Numbered from the stretch's first letter, positions 38,610 through 57,252 are shown. The stretch: DNA of 64,000 bases from the human T2T-CHM13v2.0 reference genome, Homo sapiens (GCF_009914755.1 NC_060937.1); one strand, 5' to 3'. Numbers and translations are program-made. Notes: generated by a model not told the origin, from the letters alone.

Positions 38610-39508
38610 TAGCATAGTTTTATTTGTGTGAACTATGGTACTCCATGTCCATTGTAAAGTCTTGATTTTCCTGTGAAGAGGGACTGAAAGATGAGTGGGG
38701 GAAATGATGCCTATTACCAGAAAGCGTACTTGTGAGGACATCTAATCCTGGACTGACCAATGCCTGGACTAAGTTGAGAAACCGACTTCTGCCTTAGGGG
38801 CCCCAATCCATCTCTGACGTTGTCACCTTTTTTGCTGTCACCACTGGTTAGGATTCCCCCTCACTTCTGTCTTACTTCTCTGCTTAGGATTTTCTCACAC
38901 TGTCACTTTCAGAAACAAGTACACTAAGCACAATAAGGAAATAAAAGTATCATTTTATTATTTACAAAATTCCTCCTGGTGTCATCTTGGGAACAATGCA
39001 ATGCAAGTCATGCAGGCAGACAAATGAACTGGGGCTTTGCTTATGACCCATTCTAAGTTGACTGTAGTTTTTTTTTTTTTCCCAAATGCCAGTTTCTAGC
39101 ATAAACAATGTGATATCAGTGTGTGTGTTTGTTTAAATCTACACTCTAAGACTGGTTTGTGTCCTAATTAGGAATATGTGTTTCAGCAATAGTTAGCTAA
39201 CATTTAATGAAAGGCCACATTCCTGTCTCAAAAAACAAAAAAACAAAAAAACAAAAAAAGGCCAAATTCCAAAGGTGACTACAACATCCACTTTAGCTCT
39301 GATCAACACAGAGTTTTGTAATTAGCATTTGGGATGCTAGAAATAGGTTTTGTTGATGAAATTAGTGGTGTTCAAGATGTAAGTGTAGATATATATAGAA
39401 AGTTGTGTCAATAAGCAGAAATACAGAAACAATCCTCACCTTTGCATTAAAAGGGTCATCTTTGGAGTGGTATGAAGCTTTATTCTGATAAAGTTTGTAT
39501 TCCACCCC

Positions 39509-39958
39509 TATATTAGTCCATTCTCACATTGCTATACAGAACTACCTTAGACTGGGTAATTTAATTCCATTCCATGAAATAAAATTATAAAAAGTTTTAA
39601 GGCATAAGTTAATTTTCTCACTCAACCCCCCATAAAGAAAAAAGGTTTAACTGACTCACAGTTCTGCAGACTGTATAGGAAGCATGGCTGGGAGGCCTCA
39701 GGAAATTTACAATCCTGGCAGAAGGAGAAGGGGAAGCAGGCATGTCTTACATGGCTGAAGAAGGAGGAAAAGGGCGAAGGGGGAGGTGCTACACACGTTT
39801 AAACAACCAGATCTCATGAGAACTCACTCACTATCAGAAGAAAATAAGGGGAAATCCAACCCCATGATCCAGTCACCTCCCACTAAGCTTCTCCTTCAAC
39901 ATTGGGGATGACAACTCAACATGAGATTTGGGCAGGGACACAAACCCAAACCATATCA
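39509..39958 (-). mobile_element. MSTA-like LTR carrying a ~69-bp foreign insert
   Basis: tattagtccattctcacattgctata ... cccaaaccatatca; insert at ~39563-39631. Confidence 0.88.
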
Positions 39959-40317
39959 GCCACTAATTTGGAGAATTCCTATTGCCTGTCATCTAAAGTA
40001 ACTGAATTCATCTCTGTTGTGTTGGTTACAATGAACTTTTCGTGCAAGTCGTGATGAGCACATTTGAAGGACAAAGTTGGGCCTTCATTGAGCTTACAAA
40101 ACAAGTTTGTAATTTTTGTTTCTCTGTTTCATGCCAGTTTGCTAACAAATGTCTGCATATGTAGCAGAATTTAGTCTGAGATTTGCTCTCTTTATAAATC
40201 CGTTAGCAAAGTTGTGGCTAAGATCCTTACATCCCTCCTATACCCCTAAATATATATGGCTACTTATGGCAAAAAAGAACTCAGTAATTGCAAATGGCCA
40301 AATTGAGTTGAGTTCAT

Positions 40318-42570
<2,253 letters not shown>

Positions 42571-42574
42571 GATT

Positions 42575-44150
42575 TCCTTCTTTGGAAAGGCTGAATACTA
42601 TTGCACTGTGTACATATACCATGTTTTCTTTAGTCATTCATCTGCTAATGGACACTTAAGTTGGCTTCATGTCTTGGCTATTGTGAATGATGCTGCAATG
42701 AACATGAGAGTGCAGATATCTCTTTGACATACTGATTTCACATCCTTCAGGTGTATACTCAGAAGTGGAATTGCTGGTTTATAAGTTAGCTTTATTTTTA
42801 ACTTTTTGAGAAAACTCCATACTGTTTTCCATAATGGCTGTACTAATTTATATTCCTACCAACAGCATACAAGGGTTTTGTTTACTCCACATCCTTGCTG
42901 CTTGTATCTTTTGTCTTTTTGATGATAGCCATTACAACAGGTGTTAGGTGATATCTCATCGCTGTTTTGATTTGCATTTTCCTGATCATTAGTGATGCTG
43001 AGCATTGTTTCATACACCCGTTGGCCATTTGTATGTCATCCTCTAAGAAAATCTATTTTTATGAAATATCTTTGCCCATTTTTTAGTTAGATTGTTTTCT
43101 TATAATGGTGTTGTTTGAGTTATTTATATATTTCAGAAATAACCCCTTATCAGATATACGGTTTGCAAATATTTTCTCTCATTCTGTAGGCTGTTTCTTC
43201 ACCCAGTTATTTCCATTTATGTGCAAAAGCTTTTTAGTTTGATGTAATCTCATTTGTCTACTTTTGCTCTTGTTGTCTGTGTTTTCGAGTCATATCCAAG
43301 AAAATAATTGCACAGACTAATTTTGTGTTAGCCTGTTCTTGCGTTGTTATAAAGAAATACCTGAGGCTGGGTAATTTATAAAGAAAAGATGTTTATTTTG
43401 GCTCATGGTTCTGCAGGCTGTACCGGAAGCATGGTGCTGGCATCTGCTTCTGGTGAGGGCCTCAGGGAGCTTACAATCATGGTGAAGGTGAAGGGGAGAA
43501 GCATATCACATGGTGAGAAAGGGAGCAGGAGAGAGAGGGGATGGTGCCACGCTCTTCTAAACAACCGGTTCTCCCATGAACTCAGAGCAATAACTCACAC
43601 ATCAGCAAGGATATGGTGCTAAGCCATTCATGAGGGATCCACCCCCATATTCCAGGCCCCACTGCAGCATTGGGGATTACATTTCATATGAGATTTGGAG
43701 GGGACAAACATCCAAACTATATCGAATGTCGAAGAGCTTGTCTTGTATGTTTTGCTTTCCTGCCTGCCTTTCTTTCCTTCCTTCCTTCCTTCCTTCCTTC
43801 CTTCCTTCCTTCCTTCCTTCCTTCCTTCCTTCCTTCCTTCTTTCTTTTCTTTCTTTCTTCTTTTTTTATCTTGCTCTGTTGCCCAGACTGGAGTGCAGTG
43901 GCAAATCTCAACTCACTGCCACCTCTACCTCCCAGGTTCAAGTGAACTTCCTGCCTCAGCTTCCCGATTAGCTGGGATTACAGGTGCACACTACCATGTC
44001 TGGCTAAGCGTATGTTTTCTTCCAGTAGTTTTACCATTTCAGGTCTTATGTTTAAGTTCTTAATCCATTTTGAGTTGATTTTTTAATATCATGTGAGATG
44101 AAGGTCTAATTTCATCCTGTATTTGGATATCCAGTTTTCCCAACACCACT
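42575..44150 (-). mobile_element. L1MA-type relic interrupted by MSTB-like LTR (~43325-43723), (CCTT)n and an Alu arm
   Basis: ttggctattgtgaatgatgctgcaatgaacatg; cccttatcagatata; tccattttgagttgatttt. Confidence 0.85.
43760..43862. repeat. (CCTT)n microsatellite
   Basis: Direct tetranucleotide repeats. Confidence 0.95.
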
Positions 44151-44172
44151 GATTAATTGATTCATTGACTGA

Positions 44173-44672
<500 letters not shown>

Positions 44673-45019
44673 TAATAACCTACTTTCTGGGAACTAATCC
44701 ATTCCCCAGAGAACCAATCTAGTCTTGTGAGAGCTAGAACTCACTCACTACCACTAGAAAGGCACCAAGCAATTCATAAAGGATCCACCCCATAATCCAA
44801 ATACCTCCCACTAGGCCTCTTCACCTATCTCTGTCACACTGGGGATCAAATTTCAACATGAGATTTGGTGGGGGATAAACAAACCATATCCAAACAATAG
44901 CAATCACCACCTATCTAATTCCCCAATCCCCAAACTTAACATCTAGACTTTTGCTCACTCCTTACATCTAATCTATCACTTCTAATTCTGTTCTTTCTTC
45001 TCTGCTATTACAGTGCACG

Positions 45020-45802
<783 letters not shown>

Positions 45803-46103
45803 ATGGACACAGGCCCTCATCATTTCTGTTCTGGATTATTAGAATAGCTTCCTAAATCGATGATCTGCTGCCATTCTTTTATTTTGTTGCCCATTCTCCA
45901 CAAGATGACTCAAGTTATTTTCTTAAAATCTGACCATAAATGTATTTAATATATATTTATCTAGTGCTTACTATGTTCCTGGCACTGCACAAAGTATAGT
46001 ATATATAATGTTGTAAAATAGACACAGAGTCTGCTCTCAGAGAACTGCAATCTAGAGAGTGGCTTAGGAAAATACATAGGCAATAAAAATGGAGTGTGAC
46101 ATG

Positions 46104-46806
46104 CTGTGATGGTTACTTTTAGGTGTCAACTTTGCTGGGCCACAATACCCAGATATTTGGTCAAACATTATTCTGGATGTTGCTATGAGAGTGTTTTTGG
46201 ATGAGATTAACATTCAAATCTGTGGATTTTGAGTAAAGCAGATTGCCTACCATAATGTAAGTGAGCCTCATGAAATCAAGACCTGAATAGAACAAAAGAT
46301 GGACCACCCCCAAATCCCATGCCTCACTCCCAGCAAGAAAAATTCTGCCAGTGGGTGGCCTCCAAAGGGCTGCAACAACACAAGCCCTTCCCTGGATGTC
46401 CCTCCTGTTCACCTACCCTGCAGATTTTGGACTTACCCTCTTTTATTATCAGGTAAGCCAATTCCTTAAAATAAATTTCTTTCATCCCTTGATGTCCACG
46501 GGGAATTGGTTTCAGGACCCCTGCAGATATCAAAATCCAAGGGTGCTCAGTCGCTTATATAAAATCTTACGGTATTTGCATATAACCTACACACATAATT
46601 CATATACTTTAAATCATATCTAGATTACTTATAATACCTAATACAATGTAAGTGTTGTGTAAATAGTTCTACTGTATTTTAAAAATTTGTATTGTTGTTA
46701 TTGTATTTTTTCTTTTTCCGAATATTTTTGATATGCATTTGGTGGAGGGGTGACTGTATATACGTCCTATTGATTCTGTCTCTCTGGAAAAACCTGACTA
46801 ATACAA
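46104..46806 (+). mobile_element. MLT2 (ERVL) LTR with nested MER2 (46483-46757)
   Basis: tgtgatggttactttt...gtcaactt start and ctgactaataca end; MER2 body gaattggtttcaggacccc. Confidence 0.85.
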
Positions 46807-47459
46807 ATGCCCTATGTTGGAGAAAGTTTAGGGTGTCATCAGAGTATGTACCAATGGCACCTGACCCAGACTTGTGGGGTCAGAGAAGGCAACACCTCAA
46901 ACCATGTTCATGAATAGATTTCATCTCACGTACCACTGGAATTACTCGGTAGTGGCTGTCTAGTGATCTGGTCTTTCAAAGGACTTGAAGCCACATCAGG
47001 GATTGGGGGAAAGAATGTCATGTGAAAAGAAGGAAAATTAAATTTGAGGTTGTGCTGGTTAGCAAATGCCTGATCATTAGCAGGTCTTGTAATGTTTCTA
47101 AGTGAGACTACTTTATCCCCAGGGCACTTGGATGCCATTAAAGCCAGGAAATCACTTGGTCAGGTTTTCATTTAGGAATTTACTCAATGTAGAGAAATGA
47201 GAGAGTTCTGTAGTAGAATGTTAAAAATATTTTATAAATGAGGAATGTGAGGTTAAAAAGGTTAAGTAAATCTTCTAAGATTATATCCCTACTAAGTCTG
47301 GAGTCCCATTTCTAACCTAGCTCTGTCCAGCCTATGGTTGTTCTTCCTATCATCTTCTAGTACACAAATGCCATCACAGTTGTCCTTAATATGCCATAGT
47401 CATTCATGTCCATTCATTCCTGCAATGTGTTAGCCGCCACACCTGGCCAGTCTTAGTTT

Positions 47460-47735
<276 letters not shown>

Positions 47736-48144
47736 TTGATTTATTTTTAAGAGGTTTCTTATAGAAGATAAAATTACTCACTTATAAAACTTAATATTAA
47801 TTTCCATTTATTAAGTGACTATAATGTGTCAAGAATTGTATGTGGAACTTTACATATAATATTTCAATTATCACAAAATCTTTGAAAAGTGGTTAATATT
47901 ATCATTTAGATTGTACAGATGATTAAACTGAGTAGTTGAAAGTTTCATAGTGTAGCATTTGCAATAAATTCATATTATATCAAAATCCACTCTCTTTACA
48001 CAACCCTACAGTGTCTTTGTGTGTAGATGTGCTGTTTGTATTCTCATATGTTGGGTAGGTCTGTTCTCTTTGAGGTGCTGACTCATATTTGTAATTACAC
48101 TTCTTTCTAATTTATTTCTGGTTGTCCCTAGATATTAGAATTAG

Positions 48145-48456
<312 letters not shown>

Positions 48457-48635
48457 GTCTCACTCAGTATTCTTTAATGAAAGAATCGTATGATAATTTT
48501 TAATCTTTACATTTTACTTTATAATATTGTACTATGCAAAAGCTCAAACTAATTGGTTTTTAAATTAAAATTATTGGTGATGGCATTATCTCAAATTATG
48601 TTTCTATAAAATTGCATTAATACTGGTTGTGTGTG

Positions 48636-49947
48636 AACCTGACAAAAACAAGAAATGGGGAAAGGATTCCCTATTTAATAAATGGTGCTGGGAAAACTGG
48701 CTAGCCATATGTAGAAAGCTGAAATTGGATCCCTTCCTTACACCTTATACAAAAATTAATTCAAGATGGATTAAAGACTTAAATGTTAGACCTAAAACCA
48801 TAAAAACCCTAAAAGAAAACCTAGGTAATACCATTCAGGACATAGGCATGGGCAAGGACTTCATGACTAAAACACCAAAAGCAATGGCAACAAAAGCCAA
48901 AATTGACAAATGGGATCTAATTAAACTAAAGAGCTTCTGCACAGCAAAAGAAACTACCATCAGAGTGAACAGGCAACCTACAGAATGGGAGAAAGTTTTT
49001 ACAATCTACCCATCTGGCGAAGGGCTAATATCCAGAATCAACAAAGAACTTAAACAAATTTACAAAAAAAAATCAAACAACCCCATCAACAAGTGGGCAA
49101 AAGATATGAACAGACACTTCTCAAAAGAAGACATTTATGCAGCCAATAGACGCAGGAAAAAATGCTCATCATCACTGGTCATCAGAGAAATGCAAATCAA
49201 AACCACAATGAGATACCATGTCACACCCGTTAGAATGGCGATCTTTAAAAAGTCAGGAAACAACAGGTGCTAGAGAGGATGTGGAGAAATAGGAACACTT
49301 TTACACTGTTGGTGGGACTGTAAACTAGTTCAACCATTGTAGAAGTCAGTGTGGCGATTCCTCAAGGATCTAGAACTAGAAATACCATTTGACCCAGCCA
49401 TCCCATTACTGGGTATATACCCAAAGGATTATAAATCATGCTGCTATAAAGACACATGCACACGTATGTTTCTTGTGGCACTATTCACAATAGCAAAGAC
49501 TTGGAACCAACCCAAATGTCCATCAAAGATAGACTGGATTAAGAAAACGTGGCACATATACACCATGGAATACTATGCAGCCATAAAAAATGATGAGTTC
49601 ATGTCCTTTGTAGGGACATGGATGAAGCTGGAAACCATCATTCTGAGCAAACTATCTCAAGGCCAGAAAACCAAACACCGCATGTTCTTACTCATAGGTG
49701 GGAATTGAACAATGAGAACACATGGACACAGGAAGGGGAACATCACACACCGGGGCCTGTTGTGGGGTGGGGGGAGGGGAGAGGGATAGCATTAGGAGAT
49801 ATACCTAATGTACATGACGAGTTAACAGGTGCAGCACACCAACATGGCACATGTATACATATGTAACAAACCTGCATGCTGTGCACATGTACCCTAGAAC
49901 TTAAAGTATAATAATAATAAAAAAAACAAAAGCAAAAAAAAAAAAAG
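48636..49947 (+). mobile_element. 5'-truncated L1PA (ORF2 C-terminus, 3'UTR, poly-A) with 15-bp TSD
   Basis: ORFs 48629-49273 and 49349-49708 are L1 ORF2 with stops; TSD tactggttgtgtgtg 48621-48635 / tactgattgtgtgtg 49948-49962. Confidence 0.97.
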
Positions 49948-50145
49948 TACTGATTGTGTGTGGTTGTTGATTTACACTGCCCGTATGGTAAAACTTGGTA
50001 TAAATTTTCTGGAGAACACTTTGGGAAGATGTGCCAAAACTTTAAAATCTGTATACTTTAAAAAAAAAACCTAGTTACTCCAGACTATTTCAAACATATA
50101 TAAAAGTAGACAGAATACTATAATAAACCCTCCTGTGTCTATCAC

Positions 50146-52476
50146 TGATATGTTCTGGCTGTGTTCCCACCCAAATCTCATCTTGAATTGTAGTTCTCAT
50201 AATCCCCACGTGTCATTGGAGGGACCCGGTGGGAGGTCATTGAATCATGGGGGTAGTTACCCCTATGTTGCTGTTCTCATGCTAGTGAGTGAGTTCTCAT
50301 GAGATCTGATGGTTTTATAAGGGGCTTTCCCTACTTTTGCTCGGCACTTCTTGCTGCCACCATGTGAAGAAAGATGTGTTTGCTTCTCTTTCTACCATGA
50401 TTGTAAGTTTCCTGAGACCGCCACAGTTATGCTGAGCAGTGAGTCAATTAAACCTCTTTCCTTTACAAATTACCCTGTCTTAGGTATGCCTTTATTAGCA
50501 GTGTGAAAATGGACTAATACAGTAAATTTGTACCGGGAGTGGGGCGCTGCTGTAAAGGTACCCAAAAATGTGGAAGTGACTTTGGAACTGGGTAACAGGC
50601 AGAGGTTGGAACAGTTTACAGGGCTCAGAAGAAGCCAGGAAAATGTGGGAAAGTTGGAACTTCCTAGAGATTTGGAGGGCTTGGAAGACAGGGAAGATGT
50701 GGGAAACTTTGGAACTTCCTAGAGACTTGTTAAAGGGCTTTGACCAAAATGCTGATAGTGATATAAAGTCCAGGTTGAGGTGGTCTCAGATGGAGATAAG
50801 GAATTTGTTGGGACCTGGAACAAAGGTGACTCTTGTTATGCTTTAGCAAAGAGACTGTTGGCATTTTGCCCCTGCCCTAGAAAGCTGTGGAACTTTGAAC
50901 TTGGGAGAGATGATTTAGGGTATCTGGTGGAAGGAATTTCTAAGTGGCAAAGCATTCAAAAGGAAGCAGAGCATAAAAGTTTGGAAAATTTGCAGTCTGA
51001 CAATGCAATATAAAAGAAAAACCCATTTTCTGGGGAGAAATTCAAGTCTGTTGCATAAATTTGCATAAGTAATAAGGAGCCAAATGTTAATCACTAAGAT
51101 ATTGGGGAAAATGTCTCCAGGGCATGTCAGAGAACTTCAGAGCAGCCCCTCCCATCACAGGCCTGGAGGCCAATGAGGGAAAAATGGTTTCCTGGGCTGG
51201 GTCCAGGGCCCCACTGCTCTGTGCAGCCTGTGTCCCAGTTGCTGCAGCTCGAGCCATGGCTAAAAGAGGCCCAGGTACAGCTCAGGCCATTGCTTCAGGA
51301 GGTGCAAGCCCCGAGCCTTGTCAGCTTCCACATGGTGTTGGGCCTGCAGGTATGCAGAAGACCAGAATTGAGGTTTGGGAACCTCTGCCTAGATTTCAGA
51401 GGATGTATGGAAGCACCTGGGTATCCAGGCAGAAGTCTGTTGCAGGGGTGGGGCCCTCATGGAGAACCTCTGCTAGGGTAGTGTGGAAGGGAAATGTGGG
51501 GTTGGAGCCCCAACACAGAGTCCCCACTGGAGAACTGCCTAGTAGAGCTGTGAGAAGAGGGCTACCATCCTCCAGACCCCAGAATGGTAGATCCACTGAC
51601 AGCTTGCACCTTGTGCCTGGAAAAGCCACAGACACTCACCACCAGCCTGTGAAAGCAGCCTGGAGGGGGGCTGTACCCTGAAAATTCACAGGGGCAGAGC
51701 TGCCCAAGGCCGTGGGAGTGCACTTCTTGCATCACTGTGACCTTGATGTGAGACATGGAGTCAAAGGAGATCATTTTAAAACTTTAAAATTTAACGACTC
51801 CCTATTGAATTTTGGACTTGCATTGGGCCTATAGCCTCTTTGTTTTGGCCAGTTTCTTCCATTTGGAGCAAGCATATTTACCCAATGCCTGTACCCCCAT
51901 TGTATCTAGAAAGTAATTAACTTGCTTTTGATTTTACAGGCTCATAGGCAGAAGGGACTTCCCTTGTCTCAGACAAGTCTTTGGACTTGGACTTTTGGGT
52001 TAATGCCAGAATGAGTAAAGACTTTGGTGGACTGTTGGGAAGGCATGATTGTGTTTTGAAATGTGAGGACGAGATTTAGGAAGGGCCAGGGATGGAATGA
52101 TATGGTTTGGCTATGTCCCCACCCAAATCTCATCTTGAATTGTAGTTCCCATAATCCCCATGTATTGTGGGAGGGACCTGGTGAGTGATAATTCAATCAT
52201 GGGGGCAGTTACCCTTTTGCTGCTGTTCTTTTGCTAGTGAGTGAGTTCTCATGAGATTTGATGTTTTCATAAGGGGCTTTTCCCCCTTTTGTTTGGCACT
52301 TCTCCTTGCTGCCACCATGTGAAGAAGGATGTGTTTATTTCCCCTTCCATAATGATTGTAAGTTTCCTGAGGCCTCCTTAACCATACCGAACTGTAAGTC
52401 AATTAAAACTCTTTCCTTTGTAAGTTAACCAGTCTCAGGTATGTCTTTATTAGCAGCATGAGAATGAACTACTACA
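50146..52476 (+). mobile_element. Full-length THE1(D-like) MaLR: LTR 50146-50521, internal region, LTR 52098-52476
   Basis: Two TG..CA LTRs; purine tract before the 3' LTR; 5-bp TSD ATCAC at 50141-50145 and 52477-52481. Confidence 0.95.
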
Positions 52477-53429
52477 ATCACCCAGCTTCAACAATTATCA
52501 ACTCATGGTAAATCTTGTTTCATATATACCCTTTTTTTATATATACCTTTTCATATATACCTTTTTTCCCTTTCTATATTATGTTGAAGTAAATCCTAGA
52601 TATTATATCACTTCATTTCTTTTTTTCTAAAAAAATTATATATGCCATGTTTATCATTTGCATTTATATTTTCAAATTTATACTGAATTATAATGTTCAT
52701 ATAGAAAATGTGGTGCTCTCTAAACTTTCACAAACTGAGCACACTGAGTAACTAATAGCTAGATCAAGAAACAGAAGACTTTGTATTCAGTAAATTTTTC
52801 AACATACCTATTGTACTACTATTGCAAAAAACAAACAATAATTCTTTAATATCATTAAATAACCAGTGTTCAAATTTCCAAATGTCTTATAAATGTCACA
52901 ATTTATTTTTTTACAGTTTATTTTTTTGACTCAGGGTCCAAATAGGTACACACATTGCAACTGACTGATTGGTTAATCTCTTTTAATATTTAGGTTTCTC
53001 CTCCATCCCTCATTTATTTCTTCCTTGGAATTTATTTGTGTGAAAAACCAAAACATGTTCCTATGTATTTCTTGTAAATTGATACTTGTATCTAGAGGCT
53101 CTTTCGTATTCAGGTTAGATTTTTATGGCAAGATGACTACATAGGTGCTGGTGTATTCCTCTGTCAGTGAACATCTAATGCTTTATTCTCTCTCTTTGTG
53201 ATGCCAGCAGGTACTTATGTTCAATGTCTGGATCAGTTATTTTCATTAGGGTTTTAAAAATAATAATATTCTACTTTTTACATTCCTTCTTCATTTGTTA
53301 GCTGGACTACTTCTGTTCACAGATTACTATTTGATTTTCCACTGGTACAGTCTGTACAGAGCAGGCAGGATAAATGATTGATTCTTTCCTTTATTTGTCA
53401 GTTTTAAAAATAATGAAATGGTTCATTAG

Positions 53430-53764
<335 letters not shown>

Positions 53765-55009
53765 GAATGTTTTTAGTTTTAAGCTATATTATGAGTCATG
53801 GATTTAAATATATTTTGTGTGTTATAATTCATTATTGAACTACTCAACAATAGGGGTTCATTAAATAAGTCATAGCATAACTACACAATAAAATAGTATT
53901 ACATAGCCACTAAAATAATAATATCAATGTGTATTTATTCACCAGAAAGTTATTTATGATATTTTATTTAAAACTTATTTTTAAAATATTAAATGCATGC
54001 TCATAGTATCAAAGGTATTACAGTGACAGATTTCTTTCTCACCTTTGTTCCCAAGTCACCTAGATTCCCATCTAGAAGTCCTCTACCTTTGTGTAAACTT
54101 GTATATTCTTCCAGAGATTTCTAGAGCTGATAGTTCACCTGGTATTTATTATTGTGGCTGTATTGGATGTTAAAAATAATGAAACACTTCTATAAGGTTG
54201 CTATACAGTTGGTTCCCTGAACCTACCCCTTCCTCCTTGGGCACCCAAACCCTTCCCTGCTGCCCCCAAGACCTTGCCCATCATCCATTAATTGAAGAGT
54301 TAATGCTTCACACAGCAGGCAGCATATGTGGTCCTATTCAAGCTACAGCCAGTATCTGTTGTCATTGGTCCTTGCCTGTCCTGTACAGTTGCAAGTATTT
54401 TAATATTATCCTTGGAGATTTCTATGCCTTTAGGAGCAAATTTTATATTATAAAACATTATGTTTTGTAAAACAAATCTAAATCTAAATATATGAATATA
54501 ATATGTTCTGGACTGATACATATCAAAGCATTATAAGTAAATTTTTCTGGTGGCATAATTATGAGTGATCTTTTTTTCTTTTTAATCTTAACTGCAGTTC
54601 CAGATTTCTCTATAATGGGCAGATTATTTACACAGCAAAAAATTAAAGTGTATCTCTAAACCAGTTTTATTTCATAAAAAAGAATGGAGATGTCAACATT
54701 TTTCAATAGCTCCATCTGCTGGCTGCTGAATAAAGCTAATTTTAAATATCAAGTTTTAACTAAATGAGACAGCCAGAAGAAATAGAATTCCTGTGTTAGA
54801 GCAAAGTATGCTTCCTACGTATCCATGAAGAGTAAGTATTAGGAGTCAATTTACTTGGAATAAGAGGTGATACAAACTTGGTTCCATATAGAGTGAGCTA
54901 CTACCCTATGCTCAAAAACAGGCTGCTTGCCTAGAACAGAAACGTGAAACTGAAAAATTGTTTTGGAGTTTTTGGCCATCTTACACTGGAATGCTGATTT
55001 TTAAATTAA

Positions 55010-55300
55010 AAAAAAATTTTTTTTGAGACAGAATCTTGTTCTGTTGCCCAGGCTGGAGTGCCATGGTACGATCACTGCTTACTGGAACCTCTCCTCATCT
55101 CAAGTGATCCTCTCTCCTCAGCCTCCCGAGTAGCTGGAACTACAGGTGCATGCCACCATGCCCAGCTAACTATTTATTTTTTATAGAGGGAGGTCTTGCT
55201 ATGTTGCCCAGGCTTGTCTCAAACTCCTGGGCTCAAGCTATCTGTCCACCTCAGCCTCCCAAAGTGCTGGGATTGCAGGAATGAGTCACCATGCCCGGCC
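55010..55300 (-). mobile_element. AluJ-like
   Basis: Alu consensus. Confidence 0.88.
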
Positions 55301-56041
55301 TGTAGATTTTTCAAATAGCGCAAAAGTAAATAACATTGATTAGTGATTGCATGTGAATATATGTGAAACATATTATATTGAAGGAATTTATACGCCTTTG
55401 CACAAATATTCAAAGCAGCAGTCTAAATTCTCCTTTGTCATTCTCCTTACTTTTCAAGTGAAATTGCTCTTGGTTCTATATCTCTTTATTATTTCCAGAA
55501 GTTGAACTGATGATAAATGCTTTCTTAAACCCAAATCTCTCTTTGGATGATAATGCAAGCTACGATATTTTGTGTAAAAATTTCTGACATCTATCTTTGG
55601 AACTCTTTAAAAAAGTTAGATGTATCAAACATATTCCAATATAGTTTCTGAAGATCTAGTTTACAGAAATTTCCCAGATGATTTTGGTATTCTTCCACTC
55701 CACTCGAGTTAAGAACAGCTGCCCTGGGACTGTAGATGAATGTGGCATCCTTTCAGGAATATTTGCATTGTAAAGAGGATCACAGGATGGGCACAGTGCC
55801 TCATGCAGGGGATTAATTGTGGAGGGAGAAATTTGAGGCACCAGGGGCTGAGTCTTGGATGAGGGTGAAGGAAAAGAGCCCGTATACCATCTTTCAGCAG
55901 TAGTGATGTCATGAATGAAGGATCAACTTCAGGGGCTTGGAGTTTATCAAAATGCCTCACCAGTTTGCCTAATGCCTAAAATATCACAAAGCTAATTTCT
56001 GTTGGGCTTAGTTTCTCCTAATGGATATGAATGGGTTAGTG

Positions 56042-56340
56042 TTTTTTTTTTTTTTTTTTTTTGAGATGGAGTCTCGCTCGGTTGTCTAGGCTGGAGTGCA
56101 GTGGTGCGATCTCCGCTCACTGCAACCTCCCCCTACCGGGTTCAAGCAATTCTCTGCCTCAGGCTCCCAAGTAGCTGGGATTACAGGCACCTGCCACCAC
56201 ACCTGGCTAATTTTTGTATTTTTAGTAGAGACGGGGTTTCGCCATCTTGGCCAGGCTGGTCCTGAACTCCTGACCTCGTGATCCACCTGCCTTGGCCTCC
56301 CAAAGTGCTGGATTACAGGCGTGAGCCACCGAGCCCTGCC
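56042..56340 (-). mobile_element. AluS
   Basis: Alu consensus. Confidence 0.93.
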
Positions 56341-56782
56341 TAACTTTTTCAAGTAACACAACCACATTCCAACATGTTTTCTGAGAATCCAATGCCTTAA
56401 CCCAATAAATTAGTCTAGTGGGAATTTCAGCACTGTTGCAGGCTAACAGGGATCATATTTTTGTCTTGACTAGCCTTTGGGACATACCTTGAATTATGCT
56501 GAACCGGTAATGTTTGTCTAGGTAGGGCCCAGTCTTATCATTTACTAATTAGCTGCCCAGTGTGCTCTACTATGTATAATATGATAAACATTTCACCATA
56601 TTTTGGAAACCATGCTGTAGTGCAGCAAGGCTGTACTCAAAATGCAGTAGGGGCCATAGGGGTATATTTAGGACTGTCCAGGTTAATTGTGTGCATTCCT
56701 GATGTCTTTCAACTTGCTAACCTCTTTAACCTCAAATTTGGACTCTATTAAAAAAAGCCCAGGTAACTCAAATATGAGTGAT

Positions 56783-57252
56783 GTGGCAGACTGAATAATG
56801 GTCCCCTTACAATATCCATGTCGTAATCCCCAAACCTTTGAATATGTTATGTTACATGGCAAAGGGGAATAAAGGTCACTAATCAATGGACCTTAAATTA
56901 GAGATTATCCAAGTGGGCCCAATATAATCACAAGAGTATTAAAAGTGGATGAGGGAGTCAGAGGAAGAGCTGCGGTGACAAAAGCAGGTCAGAGAGACGC
57001 CATGGAGCTGGCTTTGCGGATGGAGGAAGGAGGATATGAGCCAAGGGATCTGGGCAGCCTCTGGAAGAAGGAAATAGTAAGAAAAGGGATTCTCCTTTGG
57101 AGCCTCCAGAAAGACACACAGCCCTGACAACACCTTGATTTTAGCCCAGCGAGATACCTGTCAAACTTCTGCACTCCAGTAAGACAATAAGTTTGTGCTC
57201 TTTTAAGCCACCAACTTTGTGATGATTTGTTATAGTGACAAAGTAAAATTAG
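56783..57252 (+). mobile_element. MLT1D-like LTR
   Basis: tgtggcagactgaataatggtcccc; gaatatgttatgttacatggcaaagggga; ttttaagccacca. Confidence 0.85.

Noticed and set aside
48629-49708. 214-aa and 119-aa ORFs
   Set aside because: Fragments of L1 ORF2 in a 5'-truncated copy with in-frame stops; not a host gene.
51124-51681. 185-aa ORF and a ~55-bp tandem duplication near 50640-50730
   Set aside because: Part of the THE1 internal region; the duplication is, as I recall, a family feature rather than locus-specific.
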